20,902 nt of DNA from Methanobacteriaceae archaeon (GCA_003558085.1 PWMT01000017.1:1-20902), one strand, 5' to 3'; positions 8,932-20,684 are shown, counted from the stretch's first letter. The notes: generated from the sequence alone by a model not told the origin. Made by a program: numbers and translations.

Positions 8932-10089
8932 TTATACTCCTACTAGTTTACCAAAAAGAGGTAACATTACTTGAGGTATGGTGATTAAACTACCTATAAT
9001 TGATCCAATATTAGCTCCTGCCACTACTAGCAGTACTCGAAATAAATTGTTATGCCACAAATCTTTCCAGTCTTGACAGTTACTAAAATCAGCTAGATCC
9101 TCGGATCCTATTTGTCTCAATTTAGCTTCAACCAAACCAGCGAACCATCCTGCAGCAATTAAGGGATGCAGGGATGTTAGGGGTGCTACCATCAATGCAG
9201 TTAAAGCTGAGGGAATTTTAGATCCACTTAGGATAGAACCAACAAAGGATAATCCTCCAGTTAATAATATAAATTGTAATAAACCTGTTTTTATATGAAT
9301 ACCTTTTAAGAAGGCTAAAATAAACAGGGAAATAAAGCTTAAGGGAAATATAAATAATAAGATTTTAAACCAGGGCAGACCGGTTTTCTTTTCACTTAAA
9401 AGAGTAGTAGGGGATGGAATTTTTTCAGGATTATCTAAATATTTATAAATACCCTCTTGGTGCCCAGCACCAACTATAGCTATAATCTCATCTTCCTCGA
9501 TTTTAAGTAATCTATGAGCCATGTAGGCATCTCTTTCATCAACTAGAACTGTATAAGCTTGGGGTGACATTTCCTTAAAATATTCCATAACTTCCTGTAA
9601 TGCATCTCCTTGTTTGAGACTTTCAATATCTTCTAATTCCTCCTCACTACTAAAAAAGGAGACTATGATTCCCCAACCAAATTTAAATTTTTCCCAAAAA
9701 CTCATAGCATTTAAAGCTCTTTTCAAGGTCAAGCTAATATTCCGGTCAATAAGGGCTACTTTCGCTCCAACCTCTTCTGCAGCTTCCACTGCTGCTAACA
9801 TTTCAGATCCTGGTTTAACTCCCAAGTCATCTCCTATTTTTTTCTGGATATAATTTAAAAAACCACTCACCAGAAAGAGGCCAACTTGGTTATCTTTAAT
9901 TACTTCGCTAATGGAAATATTTTTTTCTTCAATTCCCAATTTTTCCTTAACTAAGCGATTGTAACGATTTTCACATAGTTCAACTGCTACAACATCAGGT
10001 TTTTCTTCTAATATTGTATTTTTAACTTCTTCAACGCTTTTCTGGGAAACATGGGCTGTCCCGATAATTTTTAGTGATTCTCTTTTCAT
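8932..10089 (-). CDS. TraB/GumN (PrgY/TRABD-like) family membrane protein
   Basis: [30 protein letters not shown] and VGAGH motifs, plus C-terminal transmembrane helices. Confidence 0.92.
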   Translation of the reverse strand: MKRESLKIIGTAHVSQKSVEEVKNTILEEKPDVVAVELCENRYNRLVKEKLGIEEKNISISEVIKDNQVGLFLVSGFLNYIQKKIGDDLGVKPGSEMLAAVEAAEEVGAKVALIDRNISLTLKRALNAMSFWEKFKFGWGIIVSFFSSEEELEDIESLKQGDALQEVMEYFKEMSPQAYTVLVDERDAYMAHRLLKIEEDEIIAIVGAGHQEGIYKYLDNPEKIPSPTTLLSEKKTGLPWFKILLFIFPLSFISLFILAFLKGIHIKTGLLQFILLTGGLSFVGSILSGSKIPSALTALMVAPLTSLHPLIAAGWFAGLVEAKLRQIGSEDLADFSNCQDWKDLWHNNLFRVLLVVAGANIGSIIGSLITIPQVMLPLFGKLVGV

Positions 10090-10236
10090 TAATTATCACA
10101 TTTTTATTCAATATAAAAATAAGAAATCCATGCTCTCCAGGGCATAGATCCATAACTTACTCCCATTTATATAATTATTATTATATTACTATTGTTGGGA
10201 TTTACTTAAAAATTGCTTCTAAAAAGGATTTAAATT

Positions 10237-10339
10237 TCTTATTAATTTTTTAAATATTAGTTTATTAATAATTAGGTATTGGTTTTATTTTCTTAACAAT
10301 TTTTATATTAGTTATAATTAATTAGGTTGGTTTTTTATT
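10237..10339. repeat. Imperfect two-copy tandem duplication, ~53-bp period
   Basis: TTCTTATTAATTTTTTAAATATTAGTTTATTAATAATTAGGTATTGGTTTTATT is followed by TTCTTAACAATTTTTATATTAGTTATAATTAATTAGGTTGGTTTTTTATT. Confidence 0.65.
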
Positions 10340-10355
10340 AAATTTTTATTGTAAT

Positions 10356-11027
10356 TTATAAATTTAGGGTTTTTATAACTTTATTTTTATAAATAGGAAC
10401 GTTATTGGTAATGTTTCTTTTTAAACAGAAATATACATCTTTTCTAAAACCTAAATCCATTAATCTTTGTCCTGAACGAGAATTTAATATAGCTTGATCT
10501 ACTTTATCAGGATTTTCGATAGCCATTAAAGCAGCTCTTGCAAATTCTTCTAATTTTTCATTTTCCAAGTATTTAATTATGTAGCCCGCTCCAAGAAAAT
10601 CTTCAATAGCAAATCTTCCTCTTACTCCAGCCATAACCAATTCTATTTCTTTATGAGCCAATTTGTGTGCAGCATGGGCCACCGCTTTAGCATTATTCAT
10701 ACAACCAATTAAGACTTGGCCTTTCATTCCCTCCATTATCCGAGTTCCATTACTGGTGGTCAAAATTAAGGATTCTTCTTTGAATTTTTGTATTTCTAGT
10801 GGTGAATTACCGGCTTGAAAACCATCTAAAGTTGCTCCTTTTCTTTCACCAGCCAGAACACCTTTTAATTTTTGTGCTACTTCCACGGCGTCTTCATGGT
10901 TTATAACTGGTACTACCTGTTTAAAATGATCCAGGGCAACAGTTATAGTACTACTGGCTCTTAATATATCTACCATTATAGATACATCTGCAGAATAAGA
11001 TTTTTCTAAACTAAGAGTTACTTTCAT
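10356..11027 (-). CDS. comB: 2-phosphosulfolactate phosphatase (coenzyme M biosynthesis)
   Basis: VDILRASSTI, LAGER, GNSP, LTTSNGT and AIEDFLGAG motifs. The ATG at 11027 is preferred over the GTG at 11033. Confidence 0.92.
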   Translation of the reverse strand: MKVTLSLEKSYSADVSIMVDILRASSTITVALDHFKQVVPVINHEDAVEVAQKLKGVLAGERKGATLDGFQAGNSPLEIQKFKEESLILTTSNGTRIMEGMKGQVLIGCMNNAKAVAHAAHKLAHKEIELVMAGVRGRFAIEDFLGAGYIIKYLENEKLEEFARAALMAIENPDKVDQAILNSRSGQRLMDLGFRKDVYFCLKRNITNNVPIYKNKVIKTLNL

Positions 11028-11159
11028 AAACACTATCCTTATTTTCTTAAAGTTATTGATATAATATCCTTACTTGAAACTTATTGGCATATTCTCTTTT
11101 AAATAAGTTTTCTAGGCAAGATTACATGATCCTATGGGTTTATAATTATTTGAAGACTT

Positions 11160-11193
11160 CTTATTTACTTAATTACCTTATTTACTTAATTAA
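11160..11193. repeat. Tandem 17-bp direct repeat in a divergent intergenic region
   Basis: CTTATTTACTTAATTAC followed by CTTATTTACTTAATTAA (16/17 identical). Confidence 0.8.
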
Positions 11194-11404
11194 ATAATTA
11201 TCTGATATTAGCTCTTAAATGATGATTTAATTGATATTTTTTGGTAAATTTGAATTCTTTTTCCTAATTATGAATATCGTATATGTTTGGGTTAATTTCT
11301 CCCTAAAGAAAATATTATAAAAAATATAAAATCAATTAATACTAATATTATCATAATGTTCAAGTAATCCTTGAATCCTAATAAATAAACTAGTTAAAGT
11401 TATT

Positions 11405-11995
11405 ATGAAAATTGTAACCACACCCATGTGCGAACCTATTTTAAAATGGGCTGGAATTAAGGATTACATTGTTAATAAAAATCCCGATGAAGAAGAAGCT
11501 GATTGGGCAATATTACTTTCTGAAACTGAAACTAAGATGAAGTCCATTAAACTTAAACTAAACACTTTCGCACAGATTCAAAATAGCTTAAATTTAATTA
11601 AGGATTTCTATAAAAATGAAATAAAAGATTCAAAAAGATTTAACCTGGAAAATAGTAAATTTTATAGCTTGGAAATTGATGACAATTTTTTTATTGATTC
11701 TAAGTGGCTGGATGAGATATATTTAAACAAAGCTAGAAAAATAAATGGTAAATTAAAAGTTCAGGTTTATTCAAATTTTATAAAAGATATAATAGAAGAC
11801 ATGGGGTTTCAGGTCGTGAAGGAAAAACCGGACTTTGTGATATATCCCGATTATTTAGAAGAAGAGTTGCTTATTAAATTAGAAGGAATCCCCTCTATAA
11901 AAATTCCTTCTCATGGCAATACTAGCTTAAATCCTATTGAAAGAGCTGAATATAGATACAATCTCTTGGAGAAAAAAATATGTATGAAACTTTAA
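11405..11995 (+). CDS. Hypothetical protein overlapping mmp7
   Basis: 196-aa ORF with host-like composition; 16-nt overlap with the next gene. Confidence 0.85.
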   Translation: MKIVTTPMCEPILKWAGIKDYIVNKNPDEEEADWAILLSETETKMKSIKLKLNTFAQIQNSLNLIKDFYKNEIKDSKRFNLENSKFYSLEIDDNFFIDSKWLDEIYLNKARKINGKLKVQVYSNFIKDIIEDMGFQVVKEKPDFVIYPDYLEEELLIKLEGIPSIKIPSHGNTSLNPIERAEYRYNLLEKKICMKL

Positions 11996-12891
11996 CCTAT
12001 TCTGGTGGTGTATACCGGCATGAGGAAATAAATGAACTTATTGAGGATCTGGGTGGCTTTGTTCTACAGGAAAACATGCTACAAATGGATTTAGTTCTTA
12101 CTTTAGCAGTACCTATCGAAGATGTTCCTAAAATAAAAGAAAAAGCTAAAGAACTTCGCGGAACAGTTAAAGTTGCCCCCATGGCTGGAACAGAAATAGC
12201 TATTGTTTCACCCACCTTGGCCCGTCATCACCTGCCCCATTCAGCCTGCGATATTTCTGAATATTTAAGGAGGTATGGTGCTAAAGATAATATGATTGGT
12301 TTGGCTCGTGGTGCAGGGAAAGGAATTTCCCAGATAAGTGTGGATGAAAAAAAGCTGATTGAGGAACATGACCTGGCGGTTTTTGCTTTAGGAAGTTTCC
12401 AACAATGTATTAAGGATAAAGTTCATCTCTTTAAAGACTTAGATATTCCGGTGGTGGTAACCGGTGCTCCTCAAATGGATCTTGATGATTTACCTGGTGC
12501 TGATGCTTATGTAAGCAATTTAGGTCGGATACCAAGGCGTTTAAAGAGAGGTGAGGATATTAGGGCATTGAAGGAATTGGTTGATGTAGTAAGTGATCTT
12601 TTAGATCAAAAACGTAGAGAAATGTTAGAAGATCCTCCTTTAATTCCTTCTATATTGGTTAAATCAGAAATTGAAAACCAAATATCAGCCATAAGCGAAG
12701 TATATTCTCCCACTCCCGTAACCAGCCAACTAGACGGAGTTAGGGTAAAACTAAACTATGATGATTTTCATGAGCAAATAAGAAAAATCAAAGTTTATAG
12801 ATATGTCTTGAATGACATTGCAGATATAAAAAAATCTAAAATGTATGATTACATTTTAGTTAAACTATTACCAGAAAGCTCATTTTTCTAA
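11980..12891 (+). CDS. mmp7: Methanogenesis marker protein 7
   Basis: [30 protein letters not shown] start and the [36 protein letters not shown] motif. Confidence 0.9.
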   Translation: MYETLTYSGGVYRHEEINELIEDLGGFVLQENMLQMDLVLTLAVPIEDVPKIKEKAKELRGTVKVAPMAGTEIAIVSPTLARHHLPHSACDISEYLRRYGAKDNMIGLARGAGKGISQISVDEKKLIEEHDLAVFALGSFQQCIKDKVHLFKDLDIPVVVTGAPQMDLDDLPGADAYVSNLGRIPRRLKRGEDIRALKELVDVVSDLLDQKRREMLEDPPLIPSILVKSEIENQISAISEVYSPTPVTSQLDGVRVKLNYDDFHEQIRKIKVYRYVLNDIADIKKSKMYDYILVKLLPESSFF

Positions 12892-12982
12892 ACAAGATTT
12901 AATGTACCCACCCAGACAAATTCAAGACACTTACTTGACATATTTACTATCTAATTTTATTAGAAATTCTTAAGAAGATAAA

Positions 12983-14071
12983 ATGGTTTCCCTTAGAACT
13001 GTTCAACTTTCCTTATTTATTTTATTTTTCCTGTTAGCTTATTTAATTTTAAACTATTTTATATTATTCAGTATAAACGCATTCTTAGGGCGTCCTATAG
13101 ATAATTCGGTTTTTTACACCATTATAGGAGTATTAACAGTTTCCTTTCCAATTTCCATGCTCTTGGGTCAGAAGTATTCTCATACATTTATAAGAATTCT
13201 CTATATTTTTTCCATGACTTGGCTGGGCATTGCTCTTTTCTTTTTACCGGGATTAGCTATTTTGTGGCTTATTCAATTCTGGTTTTCGATTCCATTAGAT
13301 TTGCTGACTCTATTATTAACGGTGATAATTTTATTTATCAGCGCTTATTGCCTATTTAATGCTTATCAATTCCAAGTTAAGAATTTAAAAATAGAATTAA
13401 ATAATTTAAATAATCCAGTTAAACTATTACAACTTTCAGATGTAAATATTGGTTCGGTAAGGAATACAGGTTACTTAAAACGTTTGGTAAAAAAAGTTGA
13501 GGAAATTAATCCAGGTATAGTTCTCATTACTGGTGATCTTGCTGATGGAAGTTATCCCATTCATAAAGAAACCTTTCATCCATTCAAATCATTACCCATG
13601 CCGGTTTTATTTGTAAATGGAAACCATGATACTTATGTCTCCAGGGATAAACTCCAAGAGGCCTTAAAATTTGCTGGAATTACTATATTAAACCAGGATT
13701 TCTGGGTTTATAATGATTTGCAGATTATCGGTGTTGGTTATTCCATGCAGAGAAATATTTTGGATAGAATTCTAAAGCAGTTGGATTATGATAAAAAATT
13801 ACCTAGCATTTTAATTTATCATTTACCCTTAGAATGGGATTCAGCCAGAAAACAGGGTATAGATTTACAACTTTCAGGCCATACTCACCAAGGACAGTTT
13901 TATCCCATGAATCTGGTAGTAAAAGCAATATTCCCTTATTGGAAAGGATTATATGAAATTGAAAATAAATATCTCTATGTTTCACCAGGTACAGGAACTT
14001 GGGGTCCCCCTATGAGGTGGGGTTCTCGAAATGAGATTACTATAATAGAATTGATACCTAAGTCAGGTTAA
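12983..14071 (+). CDS. Membrane-anchored calcineurin-like metallophosphoesterase (YkuE-like)
   Basis: About four N-terminal TM segments; SDVNIG, GDLAD, GNHD, YH and SGHTHQGQ motifs; C-terminal GTGTWGPPMR. Confidence 0.9.
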   Translation: MVSLRTVQLSLFILFFLLAYLILNYFILFSINAFLGRPIDNSVFYTIIGVLTVSFPISMLLGQKYSHTFIRILYIFSMTWLGIALFFLPGLAILWLIQFWFSIPLDLLTLLLTVIILFISAYCLFNAYQFQVKNLKIELNNLNNPVKLLQLSDVNIGSVRNTGYLKRLVKKVEEINPGIVLITGDLADGSYPIHKETFHPFKSLPMPVLFVNGNHDTYVSRDKLQEALKFAGITILNQDFWVYNDLQIIGVGYSMQRNILDRILKQLDYDKKLPSILIYHLPLEWDSARKQGIDLQLSGHTHQGQFYPMNLVVKAIFPYWKGLYEIENKYLYVSPGTGTWGPPMRWGSRNEITIIELIPKSG

Positions 14072-14175
14072 TTAGTTAAGGCTAATAAAAATGAAGTTCT
14101 AAACACTTTTCCTAAACTATTTACCAGTATGAATAGATTTATGGAGATAATTTTAATTAAAAAGATTAATTTAAG

Positions 14176-15423
14176 TTATTTTCTTACTCCAAAAAAATTT
14201 ATCGCTCCTACTAAATCTCTAAAAGCTTCTAATTCTCTTTCAATAATATCTTCATCAGTTAAGGTCCCGCTCATTTCACCATCTACAGTTAATTTATCTG
14301 GACCCCTAGCAACTATACGATCTACTCCATCACGACTTAGAATCTTCTGGGCATCCTGATCATGAACAAAGGCCCTACCTGGGAAAATAACTGTTTCTTT
14401 AATTTCTTTTAAATTTACTTCTTCTAAATCTTTTTTAGTTATTAAACATCCAATATCTTTTTCCACAGGATAAACAGTTACTAGATCCTCTGCTTCCAAA
14501 TTTTTAATTATTTTTTTTATATAAGGCGCGGCAACTTTACTGGTAAGTATGGTTGCTTCGGCTTTAATTTCAGGAATAAACTGCAAAAATATCTTATTTT
14601 TATTAAGGGAAATCGCAAAAGGAGCATCATTTTTGGGATCACATACTGGAGTTCCAGTTATCCGTAAGTTAAAATCCTTATCAATTTGTCTTACCATCTC
14701 CTCAAATTCAACTATGCTGTTAGGTTTGATTCCTTTTAAGATAGGCTCATTCCCTAGTATAAGGCCTTGATTTTCATAATTAGCAAAACGCATTAAAATA
14801 AAGGCTTTTGCACCCCATTCTTCTAATTGGGAGCAGGTTTCATAGAGTTTCTCTCCATCGTTTACTCCAGGAATGATTACTGAGGCGGCATGTACTTCAA
14901 CGTTTTCAGAGAATGTTTTCAGAGCTTTTAAAGATTCCTGGGGATTCTCATCTTTCATCCATTTCTTTCGAAGAAGAGGATCGGTGGAAAATACCGTAAA
15001 GGTCACTTCTTCTACTCCATTTTTAATAAGATCTATAGCGATATCTGAATCATCTATACCTTTTCCGCTAGTATATCCCAGATGAATAGGTGTTCCCATT
15101 TGATAAAGGCTTGAGGTGAGTTCTAATAGGTGGGGATAACAACTTAAATCTCCACCTCCAGATAAATTGATTTTCAAATCTTTATCCCTGACATTACTCA
15201 TCATTAAAGTGTTCTGAACATTACTCAACACAAAAAAGGGAGGGAAAAATTCATTTTTGGATTCTGATACTTCCAAGGTACACTTATCGCATCCTATTTT
15301 TCCAGGAAAGCAAAATTTACAACCTAAAGCATCAAAATCTTTAACTTTACGGAAATAACAATATTTACAATATCCTCGGCAGTCTTTTCCAGGAATACCA
15401 CCCACATCTGCTATAATTTGCAT
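14176..15423 (-). CDS. mmp10: Methanogenesis marker 10, radical SAM McrA arginine methyltransferase
   Basis: DVGGIPGKDCRGYCKYC (CX3CX2C), a second Cys motif CKFC-X6-CDKC, HLGYTSGKG and RGPDKLTVDGEMS. Divergent from mcrB. Confidence 0.93.
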   Translation of the reverse strand: MQIIADVGGIPGKDCRGYCKYCYFRKVKDFDALGCKFCFPGKIGCDKCTLEVSESKNEFFPPFFVLSNVQNTLMMSNVRDKDLKINLSGGGDLSCYPHLLELTSSLYQMGTPIHLGYTSGKGIDDSDIAIDLIKNGVEEVTFTVFSTDPLLRKKWMKDENPQESLKALKTFSENVEVHAASVIIPGVNDGEKLYETCSQLEEWGAKAFILMRFANYENQGLILGNEPILKGIKPNSIVEFEEMVRQIDKDFNLRITGTPVCDPKNDAPFAISLNKNKIFLQFIPEIKAEATILTSKVAAPYIKKIIKNLEAEDLVTVYPVEKDIGCLITKKDLEEVNLKEIKETVIFPGRAFVHDQDAQKILSRDGVDRIVARGPDKLTVDGEMSGTLTDEDIIERELEAFRDLVGAINFFGVRK

Positions 15424-15622
15424 GATTGTTAATAGGTTTTAATAGAAATAAATATTTTTTGCTTATTAAAAAAACCGGACTCTTATTTTATTACAATAAA
15501 TTGATTATGCGTTATAATTAAAATTTTAAGAGTTATAATAGTTAAAAAAGCTTTATAAATTAGTTTTATACTACTATAAAAAAAGAATCTTTGCTATTTA
15601 TAAATCTTTCTACTTGTCTCTA

Positions 15623-15662
15623 GAAGAAAGTTTAAATATATACCCTTTAACAAATCACTGCT
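15623..15662 (+). promoter_or_regulatory. Probable mcr operon promoter (BRE plus TATA box)
   Basis: Purine-rich GAAGAAAG directly before TTTAAATA (15631-15638), with a TGC initiator-like motif at ~15659-15661. Confidence 0.65.
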
Positions 15663-15796
15663 CGTATACCTAGAAAAGGTGCCAATGCAAGTTCCTCTGG
15701 AGGGAATTATATTTTAAGCATAAATTTATGCATCCTCCTTAGTTTATGCATTGCTCCAGACTTGAGTATACTATATAATTTGTTAGGAGGGAAAAA

Positions 15797-17128
<1,332 letters not shown>

Positions 17129-17160
17129 ATAATCTCATGATTCTGGGGGCATATACACAA

Positions 17161-17598
17161 ATGGACATAGAAATATTCCCACATAGACTTTTAGGTGCAG
17201 ATACTACAGAAAGGCTATTGAACGATTTGGAAGATATTGAAAGTATCAAACGGATGGTTATTCATGGAGCAAGACTTCCTTCAGCCAATGAAGAACATCC
17301 AGACAGACGAACCATTACGGTTAGAGACGAAGAAATAGATTTACAAGTTAAAACAGGCCGTATTCTATTGGAGATTGATTCTGAAGAAGCTATTGAGGAT
17401 GTCAAAGAGGTATGTGAAAATATCTTAAATTTTGGTTTCAATGTTCATATTGGAACTTTCATCAGATATCAAAAAACAGTAACAGATGGAATTAAATACG
17501 GTGATCAGCTGGACCAGATACCCGAAGAAATGGTCGGTTTAACAGATCAAAATGCCCAACTTAATAAAAGAGCAACCATTTTAAAAAAAAAGGACTGA
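17161..17598 (+). CDS. mcrD: MCR operon protein D
   Basis: [11 protein letters not shown] start (ATG 17161 after GGGG; the ORF track start at 17137 is likely too early), LQVKTGRI and TVTDGIKYG. Lies between mcrB and mcrC. Confidence 0.95.
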   Translation: MDIEIFPHRLLGADTTERLLNDLEDIESIKRMVIHGARLPSANEEHPDRRTITVRDEEIDLQVKTGRILLEIDSEEAIEDVKEVCENILNFGFNVHIGTFIRYQKTVTDGIKYGDQLDQIPEEMVGLTDQNAQLNKRATILKKKD

Positions 17599-17601
17599 AA
17601 A

Positions 17602-18198
<597 letters not shown>

Positions 18199-18199
18199 T

Positions 18200-18949
18200 A
18201 TGGCACAATATTATCCCGGAACAACTAATGTTGCACAAAATAGAAGAAATTTCTGTAACCCTGATTATGATTTAAAAAAGATGAGAGAGGTCTCTGACGA
18301 AGATGTCGTAAAGATTCTTGGTCACAGAGCTCCTGGTGAGGAATACCCTAGCGTTCACCCACCCATAGAAGAAATGGACGAACCAGATGACCCTATAAGG
18401 GATCTTGTCGAACCATTAGATGGGGCTAAAGCTGGTGACAGAGTAAGATACATACAGTTTACTGACTCCATGTATAATGCTCCAGCTCATCCATTCGTAA
18501 GAGCAAGAGCTTACTTATGCAGATTTAGAGGAGCAGATGCTGGTACTCTCTCAGGAAGACAGATTATTGAAACCCGAGAAAGAGATTTGGAAAAGTATGC
18601 CAAAGAATTAATTGAAACAGAATTCTTTGACCCTGCTGTGACCGGTATTAGAGGAAAAACTGTACACGGACACTCTCTAAGACTGGACGAAGACGGTATG
18701 ATGTTTGACATGCTAAGAAGACAAGTCTTAGACAAAGACAGTGGTATGGTGGAATCAGTGAAAAACCAGATTGGTGAAGAATTGGATGAGCCTGTAGTTT
18801 TAGGTGAACCCATGTCTGAAGCCGATCTTAAAGAAAAGACCACCATTTACCGAAAAGATGGAGAAGCCTACAGAGACGATAAAGACGCTGTTGAAGTTTT
18901 ACACAGAATACACGTCACCAGATCCCAAGGAGGATTTAGCCCTGAATAA
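18200..18949 (+). CDS. mcrG: Methyl-coenzyme M reductase gamma subunit
   Basis: MAQYYPG start at ATG 18200 after GGAGGTG; GTLSGRQIIETRERDLE and VHGHSLRLDEDG. Confidence 0.98.
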   Translation: MAQYYPGTTNVAQNRRNFCNPDYDLKKMREVSDEDVVKILGHRAPGEEYPSVHPPIEEMDEPDDPIRDLVEPLDGAKAGDRVRYIQFTDSMYNAPAHPFVRARAYLCRFRGADAGTLSGRQIIETRERDLEKYAKELIETEFFDPAVTGIRGKTVHGHSLRLDEDGMMFDMLRRQVLDKDSGMVESVKNQIGEELDEPVVLGEPMSEADLKEKTTIYRKDGEAYRDDKDAVEVLHRIHVTRSQGGFSPE

Positions 18950-18970
18950 ATTGAAGGGGAGGTAATTATT

Positions 18971-20623
18971 ATGGCTGACAGAATGTTTTTAAATGCTATG
19001 AAGAAAAAATTCGAAGAATCCCCAGATGAAAGGAAAACTACCTACTATGACAAAGGAGGTTGGACCCAATCTGAAAGGAAAACCGAGTTTGTAAACGCAG
19101 GTAAAGAAGTAGCTTCTAAAAGGGGTGTTCCACAATATAACCCAGATGTAGGTACCCCATTAGGACAGCGTGTCTTAATGCCTTATCAGGTATCCACTAC
19201 CGATACCTTTGTAGAAGGTGACGACCTGCACTTTGTAAATAACGCTGCCATGCAGCAAATGTGGGATGAAATTCGAAGAACTGTAATAGTAGGTTTGAAC
19301 ACCGCACATACCGTTATCGAAAAAAGACTAGGTAAAGAAGTTTCCCCGGAAACTATAACTCATTACCTGGAAACTGTAAACCACGCCATGCCTGGTGCTG
19401 CTGTTGTACAGGAGCACATGGTGGAAACTCACCCTGCACTGGTGGCTGACAGTTACGTAAAAGTATTTACCGGTAACGATGAAATTGCAGAAGAAATTGA
19501 TCAGTCTTATGTCATCGACATAAACAAAATGTTCCCTGATGACCAGGCCGAATCTTTAAAAGCGGAAGTAGGAGATGGAATCTGGCAGGTAGTAAGGATA
19601 CCAACCATAGTATCCAGAACCTGTGATGGTGGTACCACTTCCCGATGGTCTGCTATGCAGATAGGTATGTCCATGATTTCTGCTTACAAACAAGCAGCAG
19701 GTGAAGCCGCAACTGGTGACTTCGCATACGCTGCTAAACACGCAGAAGTTATACACATGGGTACCTCTCTACCAGTTCGAAGAGCCAGAGGTGAAAACGA
19801 ACCTGGAGGAATTCCATTCGGTTACTTAGCTGATATAGTACAAACATCTCGAAAATACGCTGACGACCCAGTACGCGTAAGTTTAGATGTAGTAGCTGCC
19901 GGAGCAATGCTCTACGATCAAATATGGTTAGGTTCTTACATGTCTGGTGGTGTAGGATTCACTCAATATGCAACTGCTGCCTACACTGACGATATTCTGG
20001 ATGACTTTACCTACTATGGTAAAGAATATGTAGAAGACAAATACGGAATGTGTGATGCACCTAACAACATGGACACCGTTCTGGATGTAGGTTCTGAAGT
20101 TACTTTCTATGCTTTAGAACAATTTGAAGACTACCCAGCACTCCTAGAAACCATCTTCGGTGGATCTCAAAGAGCTTCCATTGTAGCTGCAGCTGCTGGT
20201 TGTTCTACTGCATTCGCTACTGGAAATTCCCAAACTGGTCTTAGTGCATGGTATCTATCCATGTTACTGCATAAAGAACAACACGCTAGACTCGGATTCT
20301 ATGGTTACGACTTGCAGGATCAGTGTGGTTCAACTAACGTGTTCTCCATCCGTAACGATGAAGGATTACCACTAGAACTTAGAGGAGCAAACTATCCTAA
20401 CTATGCTATGAATGTAGGTCACCAAGGTGAATACGCAGGTATTTCCCAGGCTACACACGCTGCACGTGGAGATGCATTTACCTTTAACCCATTGGTTAAA
20501 ATCGCATTTGCTGACGACAACCTAGTGTTTGATATGGCTGAAATAAGAGCAGAGTTTGCCAAAGGAGCAATACGTGAATTCGAACCTGCTGGAGAAAGAA
20601 CACTCATTTCTCCTGCTAAATAG
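18971..20623 (+). CDS. mcrA: Methyl-coenzyme M reductase alpha subunit (MCR I type)
   Basis: [39 protein letters not shown] and [16 protein letters not shown] order with mcrC present and mtrE downstream. Confidence 0.99.
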   Translation: MADRMFLNAMKKKFEESPDERKTTYYDKGGWTQSERKTEFVNAGKEVASKRGVPQYNPDVGTPLGQRVLMPYQVSTTDTFVEGDDLHFVNNAAMQQMWDEIRRTVIVGLNTAHTVIEKRLGKEVSPETITHYLETVNHAMPGAAVVQEHMVETHPALVADSYVKVFTGNDEIAEEIDQSYVIDINKMFPDDQAESLKAEVGDGIWQVVRIPTIVSRTCDGGTTSRWSAMQIGMSMISAYKQAAGEAATGDFAYAAKHAEVIHMGTSLPVRRARGENEPGGIPFGYLADIVQTSRKYADDPVRVSLDVVAAGAMLYDQIWLGSYMSGGVGFTQYATAAYTDDILDDFTYYGKEYVEDKYGMCDAPNNMDTVLDVGSEVTFYALEQFEDYPALLETIFGGSQRASIVAAAAGCSTAFATGNSQTGLSAWYLSMLLHKEQHARLGFYGYDLQDQCGSTNVFSIRNDEGLPLELRGANYPNYAMNVGHQGEYAGISQATHAARGDAFTFNPLVKIAFADDNLVFDMAEIRAEFAKGAIREFEPAGERTLISPAK

Positions 20624-20656
20624 GTGTAACCCACCTATTTAATTTCTTTTTTTTTT
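20617..20656 (+). terminator. Hairpin plus oligo-T terminator after mcrA
   Basis: TAAATAGGTG-TAACC-CACCTATTTA, a perfect 10-bp stem overlapping the stop codon, followed by T10 at 20647-20656. Confidence 0.75.
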
Positions 20657-20684
20657 AAATTTAGAACTTATAGGAGGAAAATAC

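Noticed and set aside
10237..11193. Intergenic repeats as a CRISPR array
   Set aside because: Only two copies each, no unique spacers, and no cas genes.
18971..20623. Possible alkyl-CoM reductase, ANME-type MCR or MCR II (mrt)
   Set aside because: Canonical active-site motifs (GFTQYA, GFYGYDL), mcrC present and adjacent mtrE indicate ordinary methanogenic MCR I.
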